Of a stretch of DNA of 64,000 bases, positions 35,404-47,427 are shown piece by piece; the first letter of the stretch is position 1, and each line of letters begins with the position of its first letter. The stretch is from Thecamonas trahens ATCC 50062. Its lineage: Eukaryota > Protista > Apusomonadida. The notes below the pieces were generated by a model. The model saw nothing but the letters and a program-made list of their open reading frames with translations, did not search any database and was not told the origin of the DNA. Both the position numbers and the translations under genes were made by a program. The stretch spans positions 1 to 64,000 of the forward strand of contig NW_013657671.1 of NCBI RefSeq assembly GCF_000142905.1. Direction: 5' to 3'.

Positions 35404-37564
35404 ACACACACGTACACATATACCCTCATGTAGATATATACTTTTACACACTGTATCAAACATCTCCCTCCCTTCCCTCCCCCTTCCCGCCCCCCCCCTC
35501 CCCTCCCCACTCTGTCGGCATGACATTGGTCACACAGTCAACCACGCATGCCCCCCCCCCCTTCCCTTCCTGACCCACACTCATGACACCCTCCTCATCC
35601 CCCTCCCTCTTACATCTCATCCTCCCCATACACGCACAGAGCTCTTCACAGGTGGTCCTTCCGGACAACCTCATCACTAAAGGGTACGCCTGTCCTCCTT
35701 CTCCTCCTCCTCCTCCTCCCCCCTACCCACCCACCCCACCCACCCACCTACCCATACTCATTGGAGTTGCGACAGGTTCATGCGAAAGAGAGGTCATCTG
35801 AGGAAGAACTGGCGGACAAGGTTCTTCCAGCTATACATCGAGTCTGAGGAGATTCTGTACTTTGCATCGGCGGCGCACAAGTGGAATCGGAACAAGGCCA
35901 AGGGACGGATTCCGCTCGCTGATGGCAAGCTCTGCAAGGTCCCATCCAAGCGGTTCAAGAAGCACAATGTGTTTTGTGTGACTACTGCCAGAGGAGTCGA
36001 CTACTACATGGAGGCCCCGACCGAGAATGATCGCGATGCATGGATGGAGACCATCGACTATATCATCAAGGGCAAGGGCAGGCTCTCGGGCGACTCGCTT
36101 GATCGGCTGCCCGAGGACATCGACTCGGTCGCCATTGTCGAGGCCACCAACATCAAGTCCTCGGCTGCTGCTTCACCGTCTGTCTCCCGCACAGACGATC
36201 CGTTTGCCGGTTCGGTCATTCTCTCGTCCACCCTCTCGTCGGCGCTCCTCCCGCCGCCGCCAGACCTCCCGCCGGGCGTCTCGCAGTTTTCCGACGACGA
36301 CAACGACGACGACAACAATGACAACAACAATGACAACAACAATGACGACAACAGCAGCACAACCGTGCCTGTTGCCGCTCCCGCTGCCTCTGACGCCGCT
36401 AGGCTTGGCCCCGGCGGCCGCCCCGGTGGCTCTGCTCCGACCCCGTCGTCGGATGCGGTGTCGGCCGCCGACTCGGCCCCAGCGGCCGCTGCCGCTGGGG
36501 CGCTCGGCCCCGGTGGCCGTCCCGGCGGCAAGTCCGGTCGCTCGGCCATGCAAGAGTACGAGACAATCAAGATCATCGGCATGGGTGCGTTTGCCAAGGT
36601 CATTCTCGTCCGCAAGCGCTCGACCGGTGCGTTCTTTGCCATGAAGGTCGTGCCCAAGTCACGGCTGCGGTCGAACAAGCACCTGGTTGAAACCCAGAAA
36701 ACGGAGCGCAACGTGCTTGCCCGCGTCGACCACCCGTTCATCGTCCGCCTCCACCACGCCTTCCAGTCGAAGGAAAAGCTGTACCTTGTCCTCGACTTTA
36801 TCAACGGCGGTGAGCTCTTTTACTGGCTCAACGAGGAGGGCGCGTTCTCAGAGTCACGGGTCCAGTTCTACGTGGCCCAGATGGCGCTCGCCATCGGCCA
36901 CCTTCACTCACTCGGCGTCCTCTACCGCGACCTCAAGCCCGAGAACGTGCTCCTCGACGCCTCGGGCTACATCCGCCTCACCGACTTTGGCATTTCCAAG
37001 CAGACCTCGGACGCCGGCTCGGGCCGCACTTCGTCGTTCTGCGGCACGCCCAACTACATGGCGCCCGAAATCATCGCCGGTGGCATGTACGGTCGCTCCG
37101 TCGACTGGTGGTGCCTCGGCATCCTCATGTTTGAGATGCTCGTCGGCCGCCCGCCTTTTATGCTCGACGCCTCGGACACCAACGATGTCATTTTTGAGCG
37201 CATCGCCCGCGCCAAGCGTGCAGACGTCACCGTCCCCTTCCATGTCTCGGACGCCACCCAAGACTTCCTTTACTGCATCCTCGACGTCTCGCCCGCCCAC
37301 CGCCTTGGATCTGGCAAGAACGACGTCGCCGACGTCCTCGCCCATCCCTTCTTTGCCGGCCTCGACATCGACGCCGTCCTTGCCAAGCAGCTCACTCCCG
37401 AGTTTGTCCCCGTCGTCACCTCGGCCGAGGATCTCTCCAACATCGACCCAGAGTTTGTCAACAGGTCGCTCACCGCAGACGACACAAACTGCGTCTCGGT
37501 CGCGCCGGGCAAGGGCCTCCACACCTTCCAAGGCTTCACCTTTGTTGGCGAGAAGACGTCCTGA
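34802..37564 (+). CDS. PH-domain AGC kinase (Akt/PKB-like); probable exons 34802-34807, 35652-35683, 35776-37564
   Basis: PH KGFMRKRGHLRKNWRTRFF; GMGAFAKV, YRDLKPEN, DFG, SFCGTPNYMAPE; hydrophobic motif FQGFTF. First micro-exon tentative because a gap intervenes. Confidence 0.93.
34837..35400. repeat. (CA)n microsatellites flanking an assembly gap, intronic
   Basis: CA tracts at ~34837-34891 and ~35366-35400. Confidence 0.95.
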
Positions 37565-37743
37565 CCCGTCTCACCCGCCCCCCCCTTCCCCCCTCCCTCT
37601 CCGCAAAACAAATTCCAACCCGATTCCTCGCCCCTCCCTCGTTGCTCTTGCCCATCACCTTTCACGCGCTCTGCCATTCCTCTCTCGCGCGCTGCTCGAC
37701 TCGGCTGCCTTCACGAATTTCACGTGTCACTCCTCCACCCTCC

Positions 37744-39705
37744 ATGTCGTCGTCGAGCAAGGTCCTCGCCCTGGCAGCAGCCATTATGGCACTTGCCCTT
37801 GCCTATGCCTACACCGAGCACACTGCCTCTCGCGCTGCCCGCCTGCGTCCTCGCCCGCCGACCATCTCTCGCTGGGAGGCGCTGCCATTTGCAGCTGCTC
37901 CGCCGCTGACCGACTCGGCTGCTGCCGCCGCCGTCAATGACCTCACCGCCGTCTTTGCAACTGCGGCGCCGAATACCGACCTTCCGGCTGCGAGCGTGCC
38001 ACAACACAGGCGGACAGCGCCGACCGGAGCCGACATGCGTCTCCCGTTCATCATCACCGACTCGCTGGCCGCCCGATGGCCCGCCCGCAAGTACCTCGAT
38101 CCTGACGCGCTTGCCACCGCAGTTGATGCCGCCGCCGCCGGCGACTTGCTGGCGGCTGGATGGCGCGGATGGGATGCGCCTGCTTCGCTGAGGCTCGGTG
38201 TGCCGCCGGCGTTGATGCGAGTCGAGCCGCTGGCTGAGGCCTACGCCACAGGCCTTCGCGGCGAGCGGCTTGCGCCAACCGACGCCGCCGCCGCGCTTGC
38301 CTCGGTCTCGCTCGGCGGAAGCCGCGAACGGACCGAGCTCCGCCTCTCCGGCCGCGGATCGGCCGCCGGATGGAAACCGCTCGGCATTGCGCCGCTCGGC
38401 GGTTTCGGCGGCGCGCACAAGCTGCATGTCGATTTGAGCGCCGTCGGCGTGCCTGCCCCGCAGTGGTCGCAGCTTGCGGTGGCCCAGGCCGGCGAGTACC
38501 ACAACGTCCTTTCCGGCAACGCAAGCTACCTCCTCATCCCGCCGCGCCTGATGGAGCGACTCCCACAATACCCGTACCTACATCCGGGCTATCCGCGGAC
38601 CCTCCTCGACGCGTCGTGCGTCGACGTCGGCGCGGCGTCGTGCACTGTCGCCGCGCTTGCTGCCGTCGCTGCCGACGCCGGCTACCCGACGTCGCGGCTC
38701 GCGCTCGTCTCACTCGACGCATCGTCGACCGCACTCTACGTTCCGCCGTCATGGGGCGTGATGCGGTTCCAGGCGAGCCCGCGGCTGGTGGTGGCGCAGA
38801 TGAGCCTCGCCGGCCCGCGTGCTCAGCTCTACGACGCCTTGGCCAACCTGACCATTCCCTGGTACCGCCGTGCGGTCCGTGGCGCGCCGGCCGCCGCTCT
38901 CAACGCCCGCATGTATATCTCAATCATGCTCGAGCGCGTCCTCGGCTCGCCGGGCCCGGCTCTCGATCTTGTCCGCAAGCTGCACGCCTTCCGCTACAAG
39001 GGTCTCCTCGAACACGAGCCGACGCTGGCTGCCGGTGGCGGGGTGACCAACCCGAGCTACTTTCACTTGGTCCAGGACCCGCGGCTCCTGGACGCCGACG
39101 GCAACCTTCGGCCGGCGATTGTCGGCCCAGCTGCCGCCGCGCTTCCTCCGCCACCCGGCCCGGCGTCGGTCCTCGAGCCATCGGCTGAGTACCCCGAGTC
39201 TGAGGGCTGGTCGGTCCTGGAAGACCCCGAGTCCGGCGTCCTCTTCCACTACAATCCCGAGACCGACGAGATCGCAACCATGACCACGGCCGAGGCCGCG
39301 CCGCTGCTCATCACCGCCTCGGCTGCCGACAACACGTACGACACTCCGCCACGCCGCTACTGCGAGTCCATCCTCTCCGAGATGTCGCGCGACCAGTGCC
39401 GCCGCAAATGGCACAACGGCGGATACTGCGGCCAGCCCACCCCGCGCTCCGACATCCTCGCCGACGCCATGCACGACGCATATGTCGCTGCCGCCGATCG
39501 CGTCCGCTCCGCCTTTGCCTCGCACCTCGAGGGCGCGCCGTACGACACAGACCTCGCCGGCAAGGCCGGTATCGCCGAGCTCAAGGCCTTCCACGCCGCA
39601 GTCCGCATCCCGCTCGCAAACTTTGTCGAGATGGTCGTCCGTTCCGCGGTCGAGAACGACGAGAAGGCCATCCGCTGCTTCCTGCACGACCTCTCGCACT
39701 GCTAG
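37744..39705 (+). CDS. Signal-anchored divergent JmjC/cupin-like protein with WW-like insert
   Basis: PFIITDSLAARWPA, VLSGNASYLLIPP, YPYLHP, LYVPPSW; EGWSVLEDPESGVLFHYNPET. Confidence 0.55.
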   Translation: MSSSSKVLALAAAIMALALAYAYTEHTASRAARLRPRPPTISRWEALPFAAAPPLTDSAAAAAVNDLTAVFATAAPNTDLPAASVPQHRRTAPTGADMRLPFIITDSLAARWPARKYLDPDALATAVDAAAAGDLLAAGWRGWDAPASLRLGVPPALMRVEPLAEAYATGLRGERLAPTDAAAALASVSLGGSRERTELRLSGRGSAAGWKPLGIAPLGGFGGAHKLHVDLSAVGVPAPQWSQLAVAQAGEYHNVLSGNASYLLIPPRLMERLPQYPYLHPGYPRTLLDASCVDVGAASCTVAALAAVAADAGYPTSRLALVSLDASSTALYVPPSWGVMRFQASPRLVVAQMSLAGPRAQLYDALANLTIPWYRRAVRGAPAAALNARMYISIMLERVLGSPGPALDLVRKLHAFRYKGLLEHEPTLAAGGGVTNPSYFHLVQDPRLLDADGNLRPAIVGPAAAALPPPPGPASVLEPSAEYPESEGWSVLEDPESGVLFHYNPETDEIATMTTAEAAPLLITASAADNTYDTPPRRYCESILSEMSRDQCRRKWHNGGYCGQPTPRSDILADAMHDAYVAAADRVRSAFASHLEGAPYDTDLAGKAGIAELKAFHAAVRIPLANFVEMVVRSAVENDEKAIRCFLHDLSHC

Positions 39706-40291
39706 CTTGTCGTAACAACCCGCTGCCCGCCCCGCGCTCCTCGCTCCGGATGGGTGTGGGCCCCGCGCAAGTGCCGAAGGCTCTGCGCGGAGGAGTGAAG
39801 TCGACCCGAATCTTTGATGCGTTGACCGACTTGCCCTGTTCCGCCGCTCCCCCCCCTCCACGTCTCCGCCACTGCTGGGCGTGTTACACCTGCCAGCACC
39901 CGCTCGTACACCGCAAGCAACACTTTGTGCCCTCCTCAGCCTCGGTGTCTCCCTAGTCATACAGAGCTTTCCCCCAGACGCCACCCTTGCTCATCTGGGT
40001 GCGGACTGGCCCTCCAGCCAGCAAATTTGTTCCTTGGCACGGTCTGGGTCACCCGCCACATTAGCTGTCGCCAGACCCACTCCCCTGCCTCCGCTCACAC
40101 TCCCACCACCTTGGCCGTGTCGAGAACGAACACGTGACGCGGCTCAAGTTCCGAACCTTCTCCTCCGTACCACGACTTTCTCTCCCTCCCTCCTCCCCTC
40201 TTTCCCGGACCTGACATAACCATCTCCCACCTCAGATCATCCCTCCCCCTCCCTCGCCCCCGCCTCGCTCCGCTACCGCTCCTGGTGGCTC

Positions 40292-41551
40292 ATGCTGGCT
40301 CGACTTGGTCTCTCCGCCGTGGCTGCGACGGCGGCCAGCGTTCGGCAGGCAACTGGCGACCGCCTCGGCTGGGTGGCGACCGCGGCGGGGTGTGTGGCTG
40401 CCACAGAAGCAGGGTGGCAACAAAGGGGGCGGTCTGCAAGGAGTGACATGGCCTTGGCTACCTCGAGCGTGAGGTTCGGTCCGCGGAAGAGGAACATGTC
40501 CACGCTGGCCTTCATGACCCGCCACGGCGAGCTGCATGTCGACCCGCGCCAGTCGTCTCGGCTGGCCAAGCTCACCCTCAAAGTGGCTGACAGGGGCAAG
40601 GATGTGCTGGGCGGAGGCACTGAGCAGAGTCGCGGGGTGGTGTACGAGGGTGTGATGTCGGTCTCGTCGAAGGAGTGGCCGCATTGGGAGGCCGACGAGG
40701 CCATGCCGCTCATCTACACCCACTGGGCGGCGGCCGTCGGCGCAGCTCCGCTCCCGGAGGGAACCTCGCCACTGCGTACGGTCATTCCTCCGGATGCGCT
40801 ACTCTCGCTCCATGTGCCCAAAGTCGCGCGAGCAGTGGCCTCATTTGTGGCCAGGCCTGAGGGCAAGGCCCTCCACATCACGCCGGATCTCACCGCAGAG
40901 ATCATTCAGCCCGAGACCGAGCTGCCAGGGCCGGGCGTGGTGCTGTGTGGCTCGTTCAACCCGCTGCATCACGGCCACCGGCTGCTGCTGGAGACCGCGA
41001 CCCAGGTCCGTGCCGAGACGCTCGAAATGTCGCCGCATCGGCTGTGGCCGGCCTACGAGATCTCGCTCCTAAACCCGGACAAGGGCCTCGTCACCTACGA
41101 CGACATCATGTACCGCATGGCCCGGATCCAGGGCCGCACCTCGGTCATTCTCACCGCCGCTCCGCTCTTTGACCAAAAGGCCGCCCTCCTGGACGGCCGC
41201 AACGTTGCCTTTGTCCTCGGCATCGACACCTTTGTCCGCATGATGGACATCGGGTACTACGGCACGCCCGACGCTCTCTTTGGCGTCCTCCGCGCCCTCG
41301 CCGAAGCCAGGGTCGCCTTCATCGTGGCCGGTCGCTACTGTGAGCGGCGGCGGCAGTTCCTCTCTGCAGAGTCTGTCCGCGCCGACCTCTATCCCGCCCT
41401 CCTCGAGCTCGAACGCCACGGCATGAACCTCGAGGTTGTCCGCGTCCCAGACTCGCGCTTTCGCGTCGACATCTCCTCCACCTCGATCCGTGCCGCCTCG
41501 ACCGAGTCCTCGGCCTCGACCAAGTGGTGGGAGCCGACATCACCGCGGTAG
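40292..41551 (+). CDS. HxGH nucleotidylyltransferase (NMNAT/cytidylyltransferase-like) with presequence-like N-terminus
   Basis: GSFNPLHHGH, EISLLNPDK, APLFDQKA, FVLGIDT, DISSTSIR. Confidence 0.85.
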   Translation: MLARLGLSAVAATAASVRQATGDRLGWVATAAGCVAATEAGWQQRGRSARSDMALATSSVRFGPRKRNMSTLAFMTRHGELHVDPRQSSRLAKLTLKVADRGKDVLGGGTEQSRGVVYEGVMSVSSKEWPHWEADEAMPLIYTHWAAAVGAAPLPEGTSPLRTVIPPDALLSLHVPKVARAVASFVARPEGKALHITPDLTAEIIQPETELPGPGVVLCGSFNPLHHGHRLLLETATQVRAETLEMSPHRLWPAYEISLLNPDKGLVTYDDIMYRMARIQGRTSVILTAAPLFDQKAALLDGRNVAFVLGIDTFVRMMDIGYYGTPDALFGVLRALAEARVAFIVAGRYCERRRQFLSAESVRADLYPALLELERHGMNLEVVRVPDSRFRVDISSTSIRAASTESSASTKWWEPTSPR

Positions 41552-41944
41552 CTTGTGCATGTCATCAAACACACAATACGGAGAGAGTGTGTGTGTCTGT
41601 GTTTGTGACCGCTGCCCGTCCGATGCCCATCGCAGTCAGCACATGATGACACGCATCAGACATGCGCATGTACGCTGAAATATCCATACCCTCGCACACA
41701 TGTACAAGCACGCACATACAGCCCGATCACCCCGCGATCACCCCCACCCCGACCGCCCACCACCACCACCACCACCCCCCTCCCCCCGCCTCCCCCCGCC
41801 TCCACCACCACGTGATCAACTCCATCCATCACGCCGCCCGACCACAGTGGCAGCCCCACTCCCTGCGCAAGCAACACTTCACTCTCGCTCAGGCCCTCGC
41901 CAACACCGGCCACTGCGGGGGTATACATCAAGGGGGTGCAGAAT

Positions 41945-43099
41945 ATGGGACAAGCTCTGCCGCCGAACCATGTCCTCTTCCAGATCGCCAACATCTTGCT
42001 CCTCGCCTCGTATGCCTCGCCCAACATCTTCGTCTTGCGCTGCATTCTCGCTGCCTCATCGGTCTTCTGGGTCCTCTGGGCATGGCTCATCCTCGATGTG
42101 GCCGTTGACACGGTGATATACAACATGATGTATTTGGTCCTCAATCTGGGTCATCTCGCTTATCTGCTCTACCTCCGCCGGCCCATCTCGTTTGACTCGG
42201 ACCATCTCGAGGCCGTGTACACCAATGTGTTTGGCCCCGGCGGCGCCGGCATCTCGCGCGTCGACTTTCTCACCCTTGTCAAGGACAAGGCCTTTGTGCG
42301 GACGCTGACGCCCGGCTCGGCCTTTGCCCTTGCCGGCAACACCCCCTCCGATCTCACTATCCTCATCGACGGTGAGATGCAGGTGTTCAAAACCCTGTCC
42401 TCGGGCGAGCGCAAGCTGATCAACCGGACGCGCCCGTTCGAGTTCCTCGACTCGCCCGAGTGGATGCAGCGCGAGAACCACCCGGCCTTTCTCGTCGACA
42501 TCATCGCCGCCACCGACTGCACATTCATCATCTGGCCTCGCGAGCTGCTCATCCCCTTCCTCGATCGCCAGCCGGCCCTCGCCTCGGTCATCAACTCGGT
42601 CGTCGGCCTCGACATTGCCACCAAGCTAATCCGCACCCAACACTCGGACGGGGTCCTCCACAACGTCTCTGACCACACTGCCATCGAGCGCACCCGCTGC
42701 TCCTCGGCCTCGCTCGACGTTGACAGCCCACACCTGCGCCCGGCTGAGCTGAGGCCTTCACGCTTCCGCGCCCCGCGCTCCCGCCCGCACTCTGCACGCG
42801 TCCGCTCACGCTCACGCTCACGCTCGCGCGCCCGCGCTCTCTCACGCTCCCGCCCGCGTTCATCTGATCTCGACGAGTCCGCCTACGCCTACGAGTATGT
42901 GTCCGACGGCAGCGGCGACGGCGTCCCGATGGCCGCACCCGCCGCGCCGCGCCAGCTCGGGCGACGGCCGACCGCCGCTGACGCCTCGCCGGCCGTCGCC
43001 TATGCCTCGGTCGCTCACTCGCCACGCTCGCCGGCCGCCGGCTCCACGCCGTGGTCACCGGCACTGGCCGAGCCGCAGCAGCCGGCAATGCGAGTCTAA
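41945..43099 (+). CDS. Popeye-domain (POPDC/BVES-like) cAMP-binding membrane protein
   Basis: Three TM helices, RPISFD..LEAVY..VF.P, FLDSPEW, FLVDIIA..DC.FIIWPRE.L, VGLDIATKL. Confidence 0.88.
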   Translation: MGQALPPNHVLFQIANILLLASYASPNIFVLRCILAASSVFWVLWAWLILDVAVDTVIYNMMYLVLNLGHLAYLLYLRRPISFDSDHLEAVYTNVFGPGGAGISRVDFLTLVKDKAFVRTLTPGSAFALAGNTPSDLTILIDGEMQVFKTLSSGERKLINRTRPFEFLDSPEWMQRENHPAFLVDIIAATDCTFIIWPRELLIPFLDRQPALASVINSVVGLDIATKLIRTQHSDGVLHNVSDHTAIERTRCSSASLDVDSPHLRPAELRPSRFRAPRSRPHSARVRSRSRSRSRARALSRSRPRSSDLDESAYAYEYVSDGSGDGVPMAAPAAPRQLGRRPTAADASPAVAYASVAHSPRSPAAGSTPWSPALAEPQQPAMRV

Positions 43100-43132
43100 C
43101 GGCATCACCCCCTAAACGTCGTCGACCTTTAT

Positions 43133-44278
43133 CTACGACTCATTGATGGCAAAGTAGATGCCCTCCTCCGAGTGCCAGAAGTTCTGTGAGTTCTTGCTCG
43201 GCACGCCGCAGACCTCCAGCTGACCTGGGATCGGGTTCTGATACGCCTTGCGGTGCGAGTGCAGGTACGCCCCGGTGTCCTTGTGCTTCAGCCGCAGCTT
43301 TGCGCCACGAAGCCACTTGGCCGCGCCCTCGACGATCCAATTGTCGCCCGAGTCCGACTGGTCTGACGAGCCGTACGCCGAGACCTCCTGGTTCTGCGAC
43401 AGCGGTGAGCGGTGCAGGTGCGAGTGCAAGTACTTCTTGGTGTTGACATGCTGCAGCCGAATCACGTCACCGCTCTTGATGACATCGCCATGCTTGCACG
43501 CCGGGTACCCGAACCCTGCCTTGACCGTCCACAGCGAGTTGGTATCATCCGCCGCGGGATGCGCCGTCACAGATTGCTGCTGCGAGCCCGAACCGTACCT
43601 ACAGCCACCGCCGCCCATCGTGAGAACTAGCCCATCCCATCACTCGCCACCCGCATCGCGCGCCATCTCCATCACTAGCACCCGCATCGCGCACCATCTC
43701 CATCACTCGCCACCTTCACTACACATCATCAGATCCCCTTTCCTTTCTCCCTAGATCCATGGCCCCGACCAACGTTAAGACGTACGGGATGTCGTGCGAG
43801 TGCAACCGGTAGCCGGTAGAGGCATGGCGGAGCTTGATGACCGAGCCACAGGTGACCATACGGAACTCCTCATCGACTAGATGTCCACCCCACCCATGGC
43901 AGGTGATGCCACTCATGAGTCACCCTCCATCACCTCACCATCATCACCATCATCACCACCCTCCATCACCATCACCACCCTCCATCACCATCATCACCAC
44001 CATCATCACCATCACCACCCTCCATCACCATCACCACCACCATCATCACCATCACCATCACCACCATCATCACCACCACCATCACCACCACCATCACCAC
44101 CATCATCACCATCACCACCCTCCATCACCACCACCATCTACTCTACATGCCCCTCCCCCCCCCCCCCCCCCCCAAATANNNNNNNNNNNNNNNNNNNNNN
44201 NNNNNNNNNNNNNNNNNNNNNNNNNNNNNNNNNNNNNNNNNNNNNNNNNNNNNNNNNNNNNNNNNNNNNNNNNNNNNN

Positions 44279-44338
<60 letters not shown>

Positions 44339-44452
44339 TCGTGCTCACACACACACACACACACATTCATGCATACTTTCGGCTTGGACAGGGACCACAG
44401 AGAGGGCAAGAGTGGCTGCAATGGCAACGGCAATCAGCTGCCAAATACCCAT
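43133..44452 (-). CDS. SDF2: Stromal cell-derived factor 2-like (MIR domains); exons 44452-44377, 43876-43786, 43598-43133
   Basis: Signal peptide, VTCGSVIKLRH..TGYRLHSHDIPYGSGSQQQSVT, LHSHLHRSPLSQNQEVS, EGIYF. Confidence 0.95.
43920..44366. repeat. (CAC/CAT)n and (CA)n simple repeats in SDF2 intron 1
   Basis: Directly visible on both sides of the gap. Confidence 0.95.
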
Positions 44453-44709
44453 GGTGCTCGGCTCGTCTGAGGTCAGCGAGAAGTGCTCCAAGTCCGCCAG
44501 CCAACCGCCTTGCCTGCCGCTGCCAGCCAACTACAACGCCCCCTCGCCATTCTTTCACACACACACACGCACGCACACACACAAACTCTCTCTCCCTCCC
44601 GATGACTTGCTCCCACCCACCAGGAACCCAGTATTGTATATAGCTGCAAACGGCATCGCTGATGTCGCCCTTTGCCCCGGGGGGGGGGCACCGCTCATTG
44701 TTGGGAGAG

Positions 44710-46887
44710 CTACAGCATGAACAGCTGGAACGGAGCCGTCTCAAACTCGGTCTTGGCGTCCATGGGCTCGGGCTGGGAGGTGAGACCGGCCACCCGCCGG
44801 AGCTTAATGGCCTCGTGGTGCCATCGCCGCTTCTCCTTGCCGATCCGCCGCAGCTGGTCCTGCAGCTGCTGGTTCTGGCGAATGAGGTGGTGGTACTGCT
44901 CCTGGATGAGCTTGAGCGCCGGATCGTCGGGCGGAAGGAGGGCAAAGAGCGAGTCAAAGTCGACCGGCTTGAGATTGAGGTCCACCGCGGCCACGACGTG
45001 CTCGACCGGCATCGACGGCCCAGAGCTGGTTCCGCCCGTTGCCTCGCGCGATGACGACGCCGATGAGACCCGCCCGCGCGAGCTCTTGCGCTTGGGATCC
45101 TTCTCGCTCTTGGCCCGCCGCTTGCGCGCCGCCGCCGCCGCCTCGGCCGCGCCGAGCTTGGGCGGCCGCGCCGATGGCATGACCAGTGAGCCACCGGGCT
45201 TGGGCCCGTCGGTTCGTGCCCCGAGCCCGCGCGAGAGAAGCTCCTGCATGGCCGAGAGTTTGACCGCCCGCGCGCCCGACTCGACAGACTCAAACTCGGT
45301 CTCGGCCACAATCGCCTCGGCCGCGTGCGCCGCAAGCAGCTCGTTGACAAGGTTGTAGACCACGGCGTGAGTCACCCCGGCAATCCGGACCACTGACGGC
45401 GGCAGATTCGCCGCGCCCACGTCCTCGTCGTCGTCAGCCGTTGGCAGCATGCGGTCGCGAACAGCGTCAAACGCCCGAGCCAACGCAAGAATGGCGCGCA
45501 GCTTACCGCCCTTGGTCACCTCGATGAGCGGTGGAACCGAGGTGGCGTCTGCAAGATCGGCCTTTGGCGTGGCAATTGCGTTGAAGAACGCCTGCGCCCG
45601 GTCAAGGTTCTCGTCGATAAACGGGTTGACCGGAATCATGTACGGCTCCTTCTTGCCAAAATGCCGCCCGTTGGCGAGATTCTGCAAGACCTTGGCCACA
45701 AGCATCAGCGACCGCTGCTCGCGCGGCCCAAGCGGCGCCGTCACAATGCCGTACACGTGCGGCGAGACAAGCGCCGGGCAGAAGAACCGAAGAAAGACAA
45801 AGCCGCCAACAGCAATGTGCTCCTCGTCCGGCCACCGCTCCAGCACCGCGGCCTTCATAAACTGGAAGAGCTGCGGGAACGAGGCAGGCACGTTGTCGAG
45901 CGACTCGAAAATCATCTGCACCACAATGTTGCAGTACAGGTTGAGCATCTGCAGGTTTGCTTCGATCGACTCGCCCTTGGCGAGCTTGGTCTCGTCCACC
46001 TCGAGCGAGAGGCCCTGCGAGAGCAGCTGCAGTACCGTCGGCTGCAGCGTGCCCGTGATGTAGCCCTCGCCACACCGCTTGGCATAGTCGGACACAATCT
46101 TGGTTTCGACGGAAATGCCGCGAAAGAGCTCAGAGACACGCTCGGTCGACGAGACCTCGCGCGTGATGGCCCACTTGAGCAGATCAAGCGACAAACCGTG
46201 CGAGTCAAAAATGGTCACCAGCGCGTGCGCCACCTTTTCCGCCTCGTGCCGCGAGCACGCATTGGCTAGCGCATCCAGCGCTGGCCACACTTCCGGCCCC
46301 GCCAAGAAGGCCTCAAAGTTCTCCGCAGGCGTCGGCTCGCGATTGGCCTCGGCCAGCTCTTCCAGCGACATGACCGAGAACGACCACTCGATGAGCTCGT
46401 GGCCTTTCTGCTTGGGCACAACCGTCAGCGCCTCGCCATCCTCCAGCTCGGTCTTGTTCCCCTTGCCGATCTTGGTGAGCTTGACAAAGGTACCATTTGA
46501 CGAAGAATCCTCCACCATCACCCGGCCGTCCTCCCCCGCACCACCGTACAATGCCGCCCAGAGACCAGCAAGTCCGTCAGCACCACCGTACATGCCGACG
46601 ACCGTCCGATGGTGATCGACTCACCTACCACCATACATGCCACCACCACCACCCAATCACCCCATCACCAGCCGGTCCCCATCGCATGTGTGTAAGTCGC
46701 TCCGCCTTGCCGCCGCGCCGCCTCCGCCACCACCGCCCCGCACTCGCCACCACCGACCGCCACTCGCGCCCCGCCCCACCTCGCCACAGCTGGTACACAG
46801 GACAGCCAACATACCTGTGAGGTTGAGGGAAGGAATGTCGTCGGTTTTGGAGGTCAGTGAGCCCCATACCTCGCTCGCCTCGCTCAT
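44710..46887 (-). CDS. FHA-RasGAP protein with C-terminal coiled coil; intron 46625-46814, frameshift at 46533-46537
   Basis: FHA WGSL...ITIGRSSAC...VSGRHC...DSSSNGTFV; RasGAP LFRG, FVFLRFFCPALVSP, KVLQNLAN. Confidence 0.9.
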
Positions 46888-47427
46888 ACCCGCCCCCTCC
46901 GCCACAGCTGTGAGACAGGTGGCCTTCGCTCATTTGCCGTTACAACCCAATCGAAGGATTTATTGATATTTTGATTTGACTGGTGCCTTGCATCATCGGC
47001 AGACCACACGTCAGCGGCTCTCCACGCTCACGTCTCGAGTGGTCTCTCTGCGGCACTCATTGGTCTTGCATCAATGTGGGTGGCTTGATGGATTGGTCTG
47101 GCGTGTTGATGGAGGTGCAGCAATGTGTCAACCGGGCTTGTCGAGTCCAGCCATCACGGATCTTAACTTGCCTGGTACCAGGCCAAACACCACATCTGCC
47201 TCTTCCACCTCTCCTTTCTCTTGCACCCCACCCCACCCCCCCTCTATCGTGTCGCCATCGCGTCGCCATCGCGTTGCCACGGTGTCCAGCAGCAAATCGG
47301 CCAGTTTGGCCAAATCAGCCAAACACGACCAAACTCGGCCAACGGACTCACGCGATGTGGTGCGAGAGGCGGAGAGTCAGGAGAGTGCGAAGAACAGCCG
47401 TTGGTTGCGCCACCCGACTCTTTGACC

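Noticed and set aside
43834-44720. Poly-His and HT-repeat ORFs
   Set aside because: Translations of intronic microsatellites across an N gap.
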